This document shows positions 28,148 through 41,876 of a stretch of 64,000 nucleotides of DNA, in pieces; positions within the stretch are counted from its first letter, which is position 1; each line of letters opens with the position of its first letter. The notes under the pieces were generated by a model, which saw only the letters and a program-made list of their open reading frames with translations, was not told where the DNA came from and ran no database searches. This DNA is from Eledone cirrhosa. Its lineage: Eukaryota. Position numbers and translations under genes: made by a program. The DNA lies in NCBI GenBank assembly GCA_964016885.1, contig CAXHJY010000786.1:14653-78652 (forward strand), in the 5' to 3' direction.

Positions 28148-28189
<42 letters not shown>

Positions 28190-28459
28190 GTATTATATTA
28201 TTACTATATATATATATATTTATTATATTATTACTATATATATATATAATATATATATATATTTATATATATAATTATAATTATTCCAAGTAAAGAAATG
28301 TTGGTTGATCAATTAATCATTCTGTAGTGTAAACAGCCGTAAGCACTCTACGTCATGGCTACCTTATCAGGCGGAGTGTCAATATTATAAAGAAAAGAGA
28401 CGGTTTTATGTATACATATTTTTTTTGTTTTTGATATGCTAGCCATAGTTTGAAACACG

Positions 28460-28520
28460 ATGCCCATATCCGTGGAGACTTCTGGTGTCCTTGGCCCTAG
28501 GACCACCTCCCTACACACCA
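28460..28520 (+). mobile_element. Possible CRE-type non-LTR retrotransposon C-terminal relic
   Basis: PISVETSGVLGPRT resembles the P.A.ET.G.WGP motif downstream of restriction-like endonuclease domains; locally GC-rich. Confidence 0.35.
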
Positions 28521-28634
28521 CCATCTATTCTGACCGGTGGTGCTTCGGGGCGGCCAGCGCATGGGTCCCATTTGCTTATAATAGTGAGATGAGAAAAGCG
28601 GGAGGGACAGAGGCAGTGAGGGAAAGAGAGAGAA

Positions 28635-28864
<230 letters not shown>

Positions 28865-29619
28865 ATGCACGTACAGACACACAGTCACAATATATATATA
28901 TATATATATAGGAATATGTGTGTGTATGAGGAATATTTACCGGACACAGTGGAATATATAATAAAACGTATTTATTTATATTTTAAGCAAACGTTTGACC
29001 TTCTTTTTTATTCTCATCTTTCATTGATGTTGTTTGTTTATGTTTAATAATATATTTTGTTATATCTTCTATAAAGACTTCAAAGAATCAAATTTCTTAA
29101 TCTTTCTAGAAAGATCTCGTTAGCAAAATATGTAAACACACACACACACACACTCACACACACACACACACACACACATATATAAATACAAAATAGTATA
29201 AAAATGAAATATGTAAGATATGTAATAAGATTTAGCATGTTAATAGGATGTGGGGGGGGGGGGAAGGTGTGGAGGAGGTGAAGAGGAAAAAGAAGAGAAG
29301 GTAACGAAGAAGATGATGATGATAATGAGGAGAAGGAAGAAAAAGAAAAAGGCGAAGTAGAATAGAAAGAAGGGGAGGAGAAGAAAGAAGAGAAGATAGG
29401 AAGAAGAAAAAGTAAAGAAAGATGAGGGGGGGGGGGGGGGAGAAAAAGAAGGAAACGCTATAAATAGCAAGGAATAGGTGTTGATGATGTTAATGTTTAT
29501 ATGGTTGTTTGACATGTTAATGTAGACATAGTAACTTCGAAGGAGAATATCTCCCTTTTTGTTAGACTTTCCCATCTTTCTTCACCCCTCCACTTTGACA
29601 ACTCAGCATCTATGCTCCT

Positions 29620-29801
29620 GATTGGCAGTATTGGTAGAGGGTCGGACGCCATGCTTTCCAGCATAGTTACGTCCCTTTACGGTCTGAGTTCAAATCCCGC
29701 CGAGGTTAACTTTGCCTTTCATCCTTACGGGGTCGATAAAATAAAGTACCAGAAATACACTGGGTAATTGCTGGCCTTGTGCCAAATGTGGAAACAATTA
29801 T
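29620..29801 (+). mobile_element. SINE family 1, short form
   Basis: TGGCAGTATTGG..GAGTTCAAATCCC..core..tail. Confidence 0.85.
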
Positions 29802-30546
29802 ATGGAGCACCTCCACCAAACTCTAATTCTGTTGCCGTTTCAACAGAACGGATTATATTCTGGTTTCCTTGAACTCCGTTCTAAGCTTCTGCACGTGTCT
29901 GGAACCCATCATATGTTTTAAGCTTATGTTTGGCGACCTGATTATCTCTATTCAAAGTGAATAGAAAGGAGAATGCCAAAGGTTCGGGTCATCTGCTTTT
30001 GGTAGTTTTGAAATGCGACTTTTCTTTTCAGAGCTTATATATATTTTTTACCTCACTCTCCGATGACTGTCAAAAATAATTAAAATGTATATTCTGAAAA
30101 TGTTAGAATGTCATAGCCGAAGAAAGAAAGGTTTATATATGTCTGCTGCACATGAAAACCTGAAGTTTAGCAACTGCCTAATCCTGTAACGTTTTAGAAG
30201 TATTTTCATATATTTTATATTTCCAATTATATCTCATATGTTTTCTATGCCCCTGATTTCCAAGTATAAAAAATAGATGTGGTACCCAAATAAAAGGTTA
30301 ATGTTTCATGTTGATTATCGTGACCAGGTAAAACAACTAAACACATAAGAAACTGTGGGTTTTCATGTATTTTCGTATTCCTCAGTTGACAACCAAATGG
30401 TAATAGCAACACTAGGCTTCAGCATCAACGTGGAATTGATGAATGGTTCACTTGCTAAGTCTAATTCCTCAGGCTCTCAATGAGTATATTATTGTATTTT
30501 GAAGTGAGGTGAAGAAATGAAGTACAATATAAGCGACACACAACAC

Positions 30547-30685
30547 AGTTACGGCCCTTTGTGATCTGAATTCAAATCCCGCCGAGGTTAACTTTGCCTT
30601 TCATCCTTACGTGGTCGATAAAATAAAGTACCAGTAATACACTGGGATAATTGTTGGCCTTGTGCCAAAAGTAGAAACAATTATT
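30547..30685 (+). mobile_element. SINE family 1, short form, 5'-truncated
   Basis: B box, core and tail. Confidence 0.8.
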
Positions 30686-30751
30686 TAATAGTGGAAAATA
30701 TTAGGTTAAACTATTTGTAGTGGTGAAAGATGTGTCAATCTCGTAGGTTGA

Positions 30752-30925
30752 GGCACAAGGCCAAATATTTGAGGGGAGGAGACAGTCTATTAAATCTACC
30801 CGAGTGCCTCACTGGTATCTTTATCAAGCCACAAAGGTGAAAGGTAAAGCTACCCACGGTGGGATTTGAAGTGAGGACTTATGGGTACGTAACTATTGTA
30901 TATGCAACAAAGAATGTTATCCGAC
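30752..30925 (-). mobile_element. SINE family 1, diverged long form
   Basis: GGCACAAGGCC..GAAAGGTAAAG..GGGATTTGAA. Confidence 0.65.
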
Positions 30926-31697
30926 TATATCGTCGATAGTGATTCTAGTGTTGAATAATTGATTCAGCAGCAGGCAATTGTGTTTCTGCATGTGAAGTTA
31001 GTCTTCAATTTATTCAGATGATTTACATTTTAATACCTTCTTTCACATATATTCATGTTGCCGCAGTCATTTCCCTATATATTATTTTTATTGAATGAAT
31101 TTTTATACAAATGATTTATTTATTTAAGCTCTGGTGTTTTACCTAGGCTATACTTAACAATTAGGCGGCGAACTGGCAAACCCGATAAGAGGTCGAATAG
31201 AATACTTTGTGGTATTCGCTGTGATAGTGTACAATTTATATTATGCATATCTTTCTTGCTCATAGGTATAAGGTGGCTTAAGTGACCATAAGATAATTTA
31301 GCTACTTTCAATCACCTTAGTACCAGCTTGAACTAATGACAAAGTAAAAACTGAGTTATTTCTACTCACCTGAGTGAAACACAACATCTAGGTTTTTCTC
31401 AATAAAGAGAAACGTGTTCAATTTATAGATACATTTAGCTACTCTAAGAGTTTTATATCCAGTCAGACAAGCAAAAATCTTTCTAAGCTGAACTACAGCA
31501 TTGTGTCAGAGTATAAGCCGTTTAGTAAATATTCTAAATTATAATTCTAAAGATTATATATATCTGAAGTAGTATCCAAAGCGAATATCATAATTCAAAG
31601 TTCCTTTCCAATTATAGAATTTAAATAAGCGAAAGACGTAGGTGAGATACAGACACACACACAAGGTTCTTCCTCTCACACACTCTTTCTTTATAAT

Positions 31698-31772
<75 letters not shown>

Positions 31773-31817
31773 GCGCGCGTGTTTGTGTGTTACTTGAGCG
31801 GTTGTACATATATATAT

Positions 31818-31980
31818 ATTAGAAAGTGAACACCACAAAATATAACTACTCCATTACGAAAGGGTTCTGGATCCCAGACAATAATAATATATGGAGTAGT
31901 TATATATTGTGTTGTTCACTTTCTAATTAAATAGCTCTGTTCTATACATAGAACACTCTCTTTTCCTTTTCTTTTCCTTC
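31818..31980. mobile_element. pLTR-like family B fragment in inverted arrangement
   Basis: 31818-31891 (minus) and 31891-31980 (plus) both match 40977-41090. Confidence 0.65.
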
Positions 31981-32024
31981 GGAATTACCTAACACTAAAA
32001 CACGCACACGCACACACACACACA

Positions 32025-32083
<59 letters not shown>

Positions 32084-32939
32084 TTTGACAGGTTAAGAGA
32101 GATAGGTATAGAGAGAAAGGAAATTTTGCTATTAAGTTTCAAGAAAAAGTGAAGTAGGTCTGATATTAAATCCGCAACACATTGTGTATATCAGTGGTTG
32201 ACTTATTTCATTAGCTTTTTCAATTTAAAACCCTTTGAATAAATCTAAATGACAAAACTTCTATTCCTTAAATTAAAATGTGACAAGAGTAATGTTTGTA
32301 TTGATGGTTATAATTAGATTGTGTGACAATTGCATGTATATATATGTTTGTGTGTGTATATATGTTTGTGTGTGTATATATGCTTGTGTATTTATGTGTT
32401 TGTGTGTGCATGTGTATGCGTGTATATATGTTTATGTGTGTATATGCTTGTGTATTGATATGTGTTTGTGTGTATATATGTTTATGTATTTATATGTTTG
32501 TGTGTGCTTGTTTGTGTGTGCACGTCTATGTTTATATATATATGTTTGTGTGTGCATGTATGTCTATATATGTTTGTGTATATATCTATATATGTGTCTT
32601 TGTGTGTATATATGTTTGTGTATATATCTATATATGTGTCTTTGTGTGTATATTTGTTTATGTACATATATGTGTGCGTATGTGTGTGTGATATTTCAAA
32701 AGTCACGATAGGTTTAATTTTATATGTAATATATACTGTTGTGGTTGTCATTAATTTTCTCAAGTTTACAATTTCTTTATCTCCTCCAACTCTGTTCTCT
32801 TTTCTTCTGCCACTATCATATCTTTTTTTTTCTTTTTATACTGAATTCTAATTCTAATTCTCCGCCCCATAAAAATATTATACATCAGCTCTCAATACTT
32901 CTCTACTCCTGTAAAACAGCTTATTTCACGATAGTATGA

Positions 32940-33220
32940 AAGCAAGTTGCTGTGATTAGGGTTTTCAGCTCAGTATGAAAAGGCTGTGATTTCGCTTCAT
33001 GATTGTACGCTTTTCCCTTGAGCATGGCACTGCAAATCTCGTTGTTCCAGTCTAATCACCTATCAAAATTGCGCTGTTCCTGCAACTTTAATGGGCCAGT
33101 TTTAACCTAAATCTCCCTGGGAACTACATTCTGTAGAATGCTCAGCCACTTGCAGGTTAATTTCCCAGACAAACTGTTCCGTTGATTGAATACTCAGGAT
33201 ACAACCTATCACGTTAGCCT
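32940..33220 (+). mobile_element. Old SINE-like repeat (second family)
   Basis: CCTTGAGCATGGCACT CORE-like motif; tail AGCCACTTGCAGGTTAATTTC resembles 51021-51050. Confidence 0.4.
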
Positions 33221-33603
33221 ATTTTTTTTCCTTCTCTTTACACAACTGTTCACCTTCTTCCTTCGTATATCAAATTTTAATCAGATGTTTTGAATAAGTC
33301 GTAACTTGAAACCACAGACATCGATGTGTATCAGTTATATTTATTGCTTTTCTGTCTGTAGGTAGGTAGGTATATATGTATCTGTATATATGCATATATA
33401 TATGGGTGTTATATTTATTAACAGTGTAATGTATATTTGAGTGTGTGAAGTGTAGAAAGGACGTAGTCTTCCGAGAATGGGAAGTGGTGGAAGCTTTAGG
33501 TACTTCGCAATCGTTTCGACTTTTCCCGTTGAAGATCGTAGTCACATTTAAGACTTGTGGCAGCTTACTGGTTTAATGTTTGTCAGGCCACATAGTTGAT
33601 GGA

Positions 33604-33960
33604 TCAGAGATGCATAATATTCTTGGATATTATTCATCGAGACCGTATTACTAATGTAGATGTGCTGAAGAGAACTAAACAGGGGCTACTGACTGACAAC
33701 ATCACTAAAAGGCGCCTGAATCTAGCTGGACACATACTGCGCATGTCTGAGTACTAGAACCCCGCTGTGGCAATGAGATGAATCCCAGTTGGTGGGAAGC
33801 GGAAAAAAGTGGGACCCAAGAAAACCTGGCGCTCAGCTTTCAAAGAAGATCTCCAGAGGATTGGGCGGGGAAACTACGCAAGGTGTCGTAGATGATCATA
33901 TAAATTGGAGCGGACTCATTACCCAATATGATCCAAAACATAGGAGGACCTAAGACTAAG
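33604..33960 (+). mobile_element. RTE LINE 3' relic
   Basis: RDRITNVDVLKRT..ITKRRLNLAGHILRM..GGKRK..GPKKTWR..FKEDL with stops; CTAAGACTAAG tail. Confidence 0.85.
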
Positions 33961-35098
33961 AATATATTTGGATATGTTTACAACGATGGCTGAGGACAAC
34001 TGCTGCAGTTTTATGGATAGGATTATAGGTCTAGGAGTAATAAAATCTACATAAGGCTTGTCTTGATATTAACATAGAAGACAAAATACAGCTGCACCAT
34101 GTGATAAGGGTACATGTTTAAATGTTTATACTTACATGTGGTAATATGAACTAGATGACGGAGGTACAAGCACGAGTACCACAGCGTGGTACAAAATAAA
34201 CTAAATAGAATTTGCTTTTTAGGATCAAGTATATTTGGCACATCTGGGGGTAGTGATATTAATATTGTGTCTCCTGTCGACAGCTTATATAAGGAGTCGG
34301 TGGCTGCGCAAGATATATGTAGAATAAGGATTTAATATGTATGAATACATGCATAAATAAAGGATAATATATATGTATATATGCGTATATGCCTATCAAC
34401 ATATACATACATATATCTGTGTGTGTAAGTAATTCCATGAGTATGTACAAACTAGAAAACATACACAGACACGCGCGCGCACACACACACGCACACGCAC
34501 ACGCACACGCACACGCACACGCACACGCACATGCACACGCCCACACACACACATATATATATATATTTAATATAGAAAGGCTTCTACAGGAATATATATA
34601 TATATATATATATATGTACGCATGTGTTTGTGTGTATGTATATGCATATGCAAGTATGCATGCATACATGCATATATATGCATGTATGCATGCATGTATT
34701 TCTAACACTAAAAAGGCAAACGTATCTGTCACACGTATGGTCAATTTTCTTCTTAACTATATCTGAAGTCTGTTACCCAGGGATAAAAAAAAAAAACAGC
34801 TACAAGAATCTTGATAAAAAAAAAACTACATTTGAAAATGCTCCAAATTGCAATTGTATCTCTGTATACAACTGACAACATCACTGCTGGCTTGATGAAA
34901 AGTTATTTTAATGTATCGTGAGGATGGGTTAGGATTGCATCTCCGCCTGCTAATGTTACCAAATCCCAAGATGGAAGCTGGAACATTGTAACAATGACAG
35001 CATCACAAATAGGAAACCAGATCATTGAAAAAAAACAACCCTAGGAAGTGGATAGAGTGCATCATTGACAAGCTATTAAATTAAGGCTTTTGACCGTG

Positions 35099-35165
<67 letters not shown>

Positions 35166-35754
35166 ATATATTTATATATGTGTGTGTGTTTGTGTGCATA
35201 TATTTATATATATACGTGTGTGTGTGTGTGTGTGTGTGTGAATATATTTATATATATACGTGTGTGTGTGTGTGTGTGAATATATTTAAATATATGTGTG
35301 TGTATGTGTGTGTGCATATATTTATATATGTGTGTGTGTGTGCATATATTTATATATATGTGTGTGTATATGTGTGTGTGCATATATTTATATATATACG
35401 TGTGTGTATGTGCATATATTTATATATATATGTATATCTGTGTGTGTGCATATATTTATATATATGTATGTCTGTGTGTGTGCATATATTTATATATATA
35501 TATGTATGTCTGTGTGTGTGTGCATATATTTATATATATATGTGTGTATATATATTTGTGTGTGTGTGTGTAAACATGTCTCAGTGTGCTTGTGTATGTG
35601 TATCTATGGGTGTGTGAGTGTACGTATATGTGGTGATAGTGAAACCCCTTTGGGGCAGACGACATTAATTAGATGTTCTTCTATCAGGATTCTTTCTTAA
35701 AAAAATATCAATATCACTGCCAATATCGCCATTAATGTAACTAATCATAGATGC

Positions 35755-35796
<42 letters not shown>

Positions 35797-36027
35797 ATAT
35801 GTATGTATGTATGTGTGTGTTATGTTTACAATTATTTACGAATAACTAAATACGTACATGTGTATGTATTCATTTCTACATATTAGCATTATATCTATAT
35901 ATCTATATATCTATATATATATGTATATCTGTATATATGTATAGCTGTATATATATATATATGTATATCTGTATATATGTATATATGTATATATGTATAT
36001 ATATACATATATATATATGTATATATG

Positions 36028-36058
<31 letters not shown>

Positions 36059-36202
36059 GTATATATATACATATATATATATGCATATATGTATATATAT
36101 GTATATGTATATATATGCATATTTATATATATATATATGCATATTTATATATATATATATATGCATATATATATATATGCATATATATATATATATATAT
36201 GC

Positions 36203-36237
<35 letters not shown>

Positions 36238-36424
36238 ACACATACACATACTCAGACGCACACACTCGCACACAGCCACCTAGTCACTCCCCTTAAACAC
36301 ACACATACATACACACAAACAAACAAACAGTACTCACATCTGATATATCATCAAATTATTGCTTGTGTTGAGTTTTTTCTTTTGAAATCCATGTAAGACA
36401 ACACCAAAACCCATTATCGATAAA

Positions 36425-36544
36425 ATGATGATGATGATGATGGTGGTGGCAGTAGTAGTAGTAGTAGTGATGGTGGTGGTGGTGGCAGTAGTAGTAGTAG
36501 TAGTGTTGGTGGTGGTGGTAGTAGTAGTAGTAGTAGTGATGATG

Positions 36545-36580
<36 letters not shown>

Positions 36581-36640
36581 GTGTTGGTGGTGGTGGTAGT
36601 AGTAGTAGTGGTGGTGGTGGTGGTGGTAGTAGTGATGGTG

Positions 36641-36672
<32 letters not shown>

Positions 36673-36890
36673 GTTGGTGGTGGTGGTAGTAGTAGTAGTA
36701 GTGTTGGTGGTGGTGGTAGTAGTAGTAGTAGTAGTGATGATGATGGTGGTGGTAGTAGTAGTAATAGTAGTAGTAGTGATGATGGTGGTGGTAGTAGTGG
36801 TAGTAGTAATAGTGGTATTATTATTATTATTATTATTGGTAGTAGTAGTAGTGGTGGTAGTGGTAATGGTGGTAGTAGTAATATTTGTTA
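36425..36890. repeat. Compound (GTA)n/(GTG)n trinucleotide array
   Basis: Direct reading. Confidence 0.9.
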
Positions 36891-36908
36891 TTATAATAAG
36901 GATGACAA

Positions 36909-37050
36909 AGGGCGGTGGATTGGCAGTATCGGTAGAGGGTCGGACGCCACGCTTTGCAACCTAGAGTTACTGCCCTTTATGATCTGAGATTAAATAACTC
37001 CGAGGTTAACTTTGCCTTTCATCGTTAATGGCTCGATAAAATAAAGTACC
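36909..37050 (+). mobile_element. SINE family 1, 3'-truncated
   Basis: GGGCGGTGGATTGGCAGTATCGGTAGAGGG..AAAGTACC. Confidence 0.8.
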
Positions 37051-39229
37051 ATCCCGAAACAGATATAGCCACAATATACTTAGTCAGCACATGAGGTCGA
37101 CCTGGTCTTATAAGTTAGAAAGGGAAATATTTTTTAAAATGTATTTTCCTTGATTCTTTCTGTATGTAGTCATGGTGTGCCTCACCTACATTCTGGTTTT
37201 TTCTCTAAAAAAAGACTCATAAACAGAATTTCTGTGGCGCCTACGATACTTACAGGCTGTCACTAATGGAAGAAGTTGCGAGAATATTTCTATTTGTTAA
37301 ATTCTACATACATGAGTTAGTAATGTTGGTAACCTTATTGGTAGAAATACTGAAACTGCTTGAGAAAATTTCATTTTGTTCATATTTAAACATAAAAAGA
37401 TTAGTTGTGTATTTAAAGAAATATTTCTTTCATTTTTATACTTTTGTATTTTAGTGAAAATCTTTCTTCATTTATTGTCATATTATTTTTTGATCGGGCG
37501 TACCTGTAAAAAAATGCCAACTCAGCTTGAATGTAGCCTGAACCATTCACAACGTGGGAGTTGATAATGATGTTGGTAGTGGTGATAACAATAATCATGT
37601 AATAGATGATGATGATGATTGGTTATATTGGTAATGCCAGTCATGATAACGATGCTAATGATAATTTACCTTGGCATGAACTTAACGATAATAATATCAA
37701 TTGTAATAGTATTATTTGTTTTTACTTTCATCTTAGTAAATTCTATTTTTTTTCCTTCTTATATCCCTTCATATTTTTTATTGTAATTTTTGATGTTATT
37801 ATTGTGGTTTCAAATAATCGTATTATCGCAAGAACGGAGCAGAGCAACGAGGAAATTTCTGAAATCTGTCAGTAAATAAAAGACTATAGAAAAATAGAAA
37901 AAAAATACACACGTCAGAATTCAATGTGCAAAAAGAACGGGAAATGCTGAAATGAAGTAAAAAAAAATACACAATAGTCATTCTTCCGTTAGCGGTGTCT
38001 AAAAATGTATAAATACATTTTTGATACTACATGCATTAATGTATTAAAAGATGGATGTATAAGCATTTTCCCCCTCATCACATCGAACCAAGGGAACAAT
38101 GTTTCCATTGAATTTTCCATTGGGTTTTCCATTATCTGGTGGTCGCAATTCTTGGCAAAAGGACTAAAGTGAATAGAAGTATTTTGCTCCAGAACACAAT
38201 GTGTTGAGTTGAACAAAGAAAACATTAGAGACATGAGGCTGAAATGTGTCTATGAACCTTCTTATAGCCATCATAATAATGCGGCTTTAACGGAGTCGTC
38301 TTGTATTGTTTGTGGACCTTTGGTGGCTCTCTTCCATCCAGCATTTGTTGCTTTTTTCTTTCCTTTTTCTGTGCTAAACCTTACTCTTCACACATATTGT
38401 GCAATCAGTATATCACCTATATTTTACCTATATGGGAGATGCAGTGTTTTCAATTAGAATAAATTCAGGTAATTTTCTTTATTTGCACTGCCAGCAAATA
38501 ATATTGGAGGGAAAATTAGAAAGTGCAATTGGTTTTCCTCTAAAAGGATAATTGTACGAAGGATTTCTTAAACAAAATTGTAATGTTAATTTATCAACCG
38601 AAGAAATACGCGTCCAATACATTTTTTTATATACCATTAAATAAGGTTAAACTAACCAGGTTTCCTGTTCTGTAAATGCTGATATACACGGTTATAATGT
38701 AATAAAGTATAACCAATATCTTAGCGGAATACCATCATTAATTTGATGTTTCAAGCGCTATTAACTAATATTTTCTTTGATTTTTTTTTTTTGTCAAATT
38801 TTATATTGTATTTATTAATCTAAAAAATGTGTCATAATTATATAATTATTCTGTATTAGATTTAAGCCGTGGCTTAAATCAAAGCCATGCCTGCACATGT
38901 ATCTTTCTCAAAACTATGTTTCCGAATATGTGCTATTTCGTCCAAAATAAATTGCAATTTAGCATAATATCCTTCGGAATTATTTCCATATTACAGAAAC
39001 AGGTATCTCTAACATCAAGCCTGTTGAATGAAGTTACTTCCTCCCACTTATACTGAATATAATCAATAACAGTTTTTATATTATTTATATTTTGTTTTCC
39101 TTGGAGAGGTCAATGGGGGAAACTGTATTACGCAGTGTAGCTTGAATAATTAAGGGTGAAAAGGGTTATCGCAAATTGTGATTACTATGATTGTATCTTA
39201 TTGTGTATGTTATGTTTGTTTCGGTTGAA

Positions 39230-39810
39230 AGTTTTCATTTTCTGGAAATATGTCTTCTAGAAGGCATTATTTTCTAGAATAACCGGTTTTGTCCATTTTA
39301 TATATTGGCTATTCAGTATATTATATTCCTTCGAATATCTTCTTGGGAAAAAAAAATGCGAAATAAATTAGTGTGTTGGACGTTCCTCTTAAAAAAGCTA
39401 ATTTATATTCTTAAATCGTCCAATCCAACGAGCATTTGTATTAAATGTTCTGTTGGTTTGATTACCATTATTTTCACGGCTGTAAATATACTCAAAAGTT
39501 TTGCTTAACTCGTATGCTTTAGGAAGAGGAATAGTTTAGCTTAAGATCCATCATCCTTTCAGCCAGAGGATGCTCCATATCTATCAAAGCTATGTTTCTC
39601 TGTCTTGCATTTGTTCGCAAATCACAAACAGCTGAATCTAATTCATCTCTTTTTCTTTTCCTTTCGCTGAATGCTTTACCATAATTTGACCCGACGCCTC
39701 ATGCATGTGAAGATCTCTGCCAATTTTCGAGTTGCTATCGTTAAGCGTATAGCGTTCTATAACATCGAATTTCTTCTTCTAAGAAATAGAAACTATTTCC
39801 TATATTTTGT
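39230..39810 (-). mobile_element. Tigger/pogo transposase relic
   Basis: Minus-strand fragments KKKFDVIERY..SKIGRDLHMHEAS (CENP-B-type HTH), RNIALIDMEH, FNTNARWIGRFK, IYKMDKTG/F*KIMPSR (equivalent to N.DETGLFWK.MP.R). Confidence 0.75.
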
Positions 39811-40637
39811 TTCTGAAGTAGAAGCATTTACGATAGGAGTATTTTTTCTTTTTTTTTTACCATATATATATATAAAGGCCGATGCTTAAACAAGGATTCC
39901 ATTTCCAATGAACATTTACAAAGAAATGCCGACCTATTATCACACGATGACAGCCCAAGGCAAAGTGATTGAAGAGACAACAAAACGCAAGGGATGCATA
40001 TATTGTATATCGTGTGCATAAAGAAATGCACTCTCATACGCATGCACATCTAAATCGTATTGAGAAGTGTCAATAAATATTGGTGGATTGGCAGAATTCT
40101 TAGGATGTCCGATAAAATACTATTGCAGTATTATATGATGAGCTCTAATAAGCCTGAAGCTATCTGTGACTTCCATGTTTACGGGGTTGATAGAATGAAA
40201 TAATGGTCAAGTATTAGATTGATTTAATCTTGGGAGGTGCCAAACTAGGAATTCACTAAGAAAACACGTATAATACTACTACTAATAACAATGAAATTAT
40301 TGTGTACAGTGCTCAAGTGCACTACAACTCATCAAAGGTGTATGTATAGTACATAGAATAATATACAAATGTCAGGGAAGTATGAATTAGAATACTGTTT
40401 TCATCGAACATTTTGAAAATGGACTAATATTGGAGTATATGAATCCTCATAATAATACACTATTTTTTGTAGTCGGTATACGGTAGAAATCTTCTAATTA
40501 TATGTATGATATATATATATATAATTATATATATATATATACAAACGCATGCGCAGAGAAGACAAACAAAAATAAATAAATAAACAGACTAAATAAAGAT
40601 GGCGTAGGCATACAATACAACGGGAGGAAACATAATA

Positions 40638-40683
40638 GCACCACTGACGATGTTGCAGATGTGCAACGAAAGAACTTTGATAG
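40638..40683 (+). ncRNA. Hammerhead-like motif, stems I/III decayed
   Basis: CTGACGA-T-GTTGCA-GATG-TGCAAC-GAAA, with a perfect 6-bp stem II. Confidence 0.45.
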
Positions 40684-40876
40684 ACTATATATATCTGTTT
40701 GTGTCTATATTGTATCTGTATTTTTGACCGTTGGTCAGTCAATGGTAACATTGAGGACCGAATAAATTAAATTAACCGATATAAAAGATACAGAAGCGAA
40801 AACCAACCAAACAGTGAGTGTGTTCTGTTATTACTTCTGGCAATATTACACAAATATGACCCTCCCCAAGTATAAA

Positions 40877-40919
<43 letters not shown>

Positions 40920-40949
40920 TGCATAGATGTATCAGACAGATGTTAACAT

Positions 40950-41017
40950 CTTTGTCTGACGACCGATCCAGACGTATATTATTATCGTCTGTGATCCAGA
41001 AACCTTTGGTAATGGAG
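40950..41017 (+). ncRNA. Type I hammerhead-like ribozyme, family B
   Basis: CTTTGT-CTGACGA-..GATC.CAGACG/CGTCTG.GATC..-GAAA-CC-TTT-GG-TA-ATGGAG; short 5' inversion at 40932-40959. Confidence 0.6.
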
Positions 41018-41229
41018 TAGTTATATTTTGTGTTGTTCACTTTCTAATTAAATAGCTCTGTTCTATACATAGAGCACTCGTTTTTCCTTTGAAATTATCT
41101 AACATATATATATATATATATATATATATACTCTGTTCCATGGGATTTCTGTTTGTTTTTGTGGGGGCCTGAATTTGTTTTCCCGCCCCAAAACATAGGC
41201 CGCAAGAAGCGAAGGTTAAGAAACACTGG

Positions 41230-41317
41230 AATATAATGTCTTGCTCAAGGAGGAAACGTTTCACCGGGAATCGAACTCCCTATGTTACGGTAATGAGCCG
41301 AACATCCGAGACACACC
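41230..41317 (-). mobile_element. tRNA-headed SINE fragment (CORE-like)
   Basis: Minus strand GAGTTCGATTCCCGG (B box)..CCTTGAGCAAGACATT. Confidence 0.5.
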
Positions 41318-41828
41318 TTCACAGTAATATTTAGATGCACTATACACACAAACCTAATAACCTCCTTTTCTATCAGAACTCTTCAATGATTTCTGTATTT
41401 GACTGAGACGTGAAATAACCATCCGAAGATTGACTTTGTTTTTTAGTGTGCCTGCTTCCTTTTTCTCAAGATCAATGTGTCATCATAGCTTGTGCTGTTG
41501 TTGTTGTTAGTGGTGGTGGAGGTAATTATTGTTGTTGTTACTGTTGTAGCTACCGTTGCTATTTTGAATGATGATGATGTTGCTGCTGTTGGTGGTGGAG
41601 GCGGAGTTTTTGTCATTGTTGTTCTTACTCTTGTAGCTGTCGTTGCTATTTTTATTTTTTATTGATGTTGTTGCTGTTGTTGTTGTTGGTAGAATTAGTG
41701 CTGTTCATGTTATGTTGACTATTGTTCTCTTGGTACTACTACTGTTTCTTCTTCTTCTTCTTGATGTTGTTCTTGTTGGTGTTATTGTTATTATCCTTAT
41801 TGATTATTTCTTTCGTTTTCTTCTTTTT

Positions 41829-41876
<48 letters not shown>

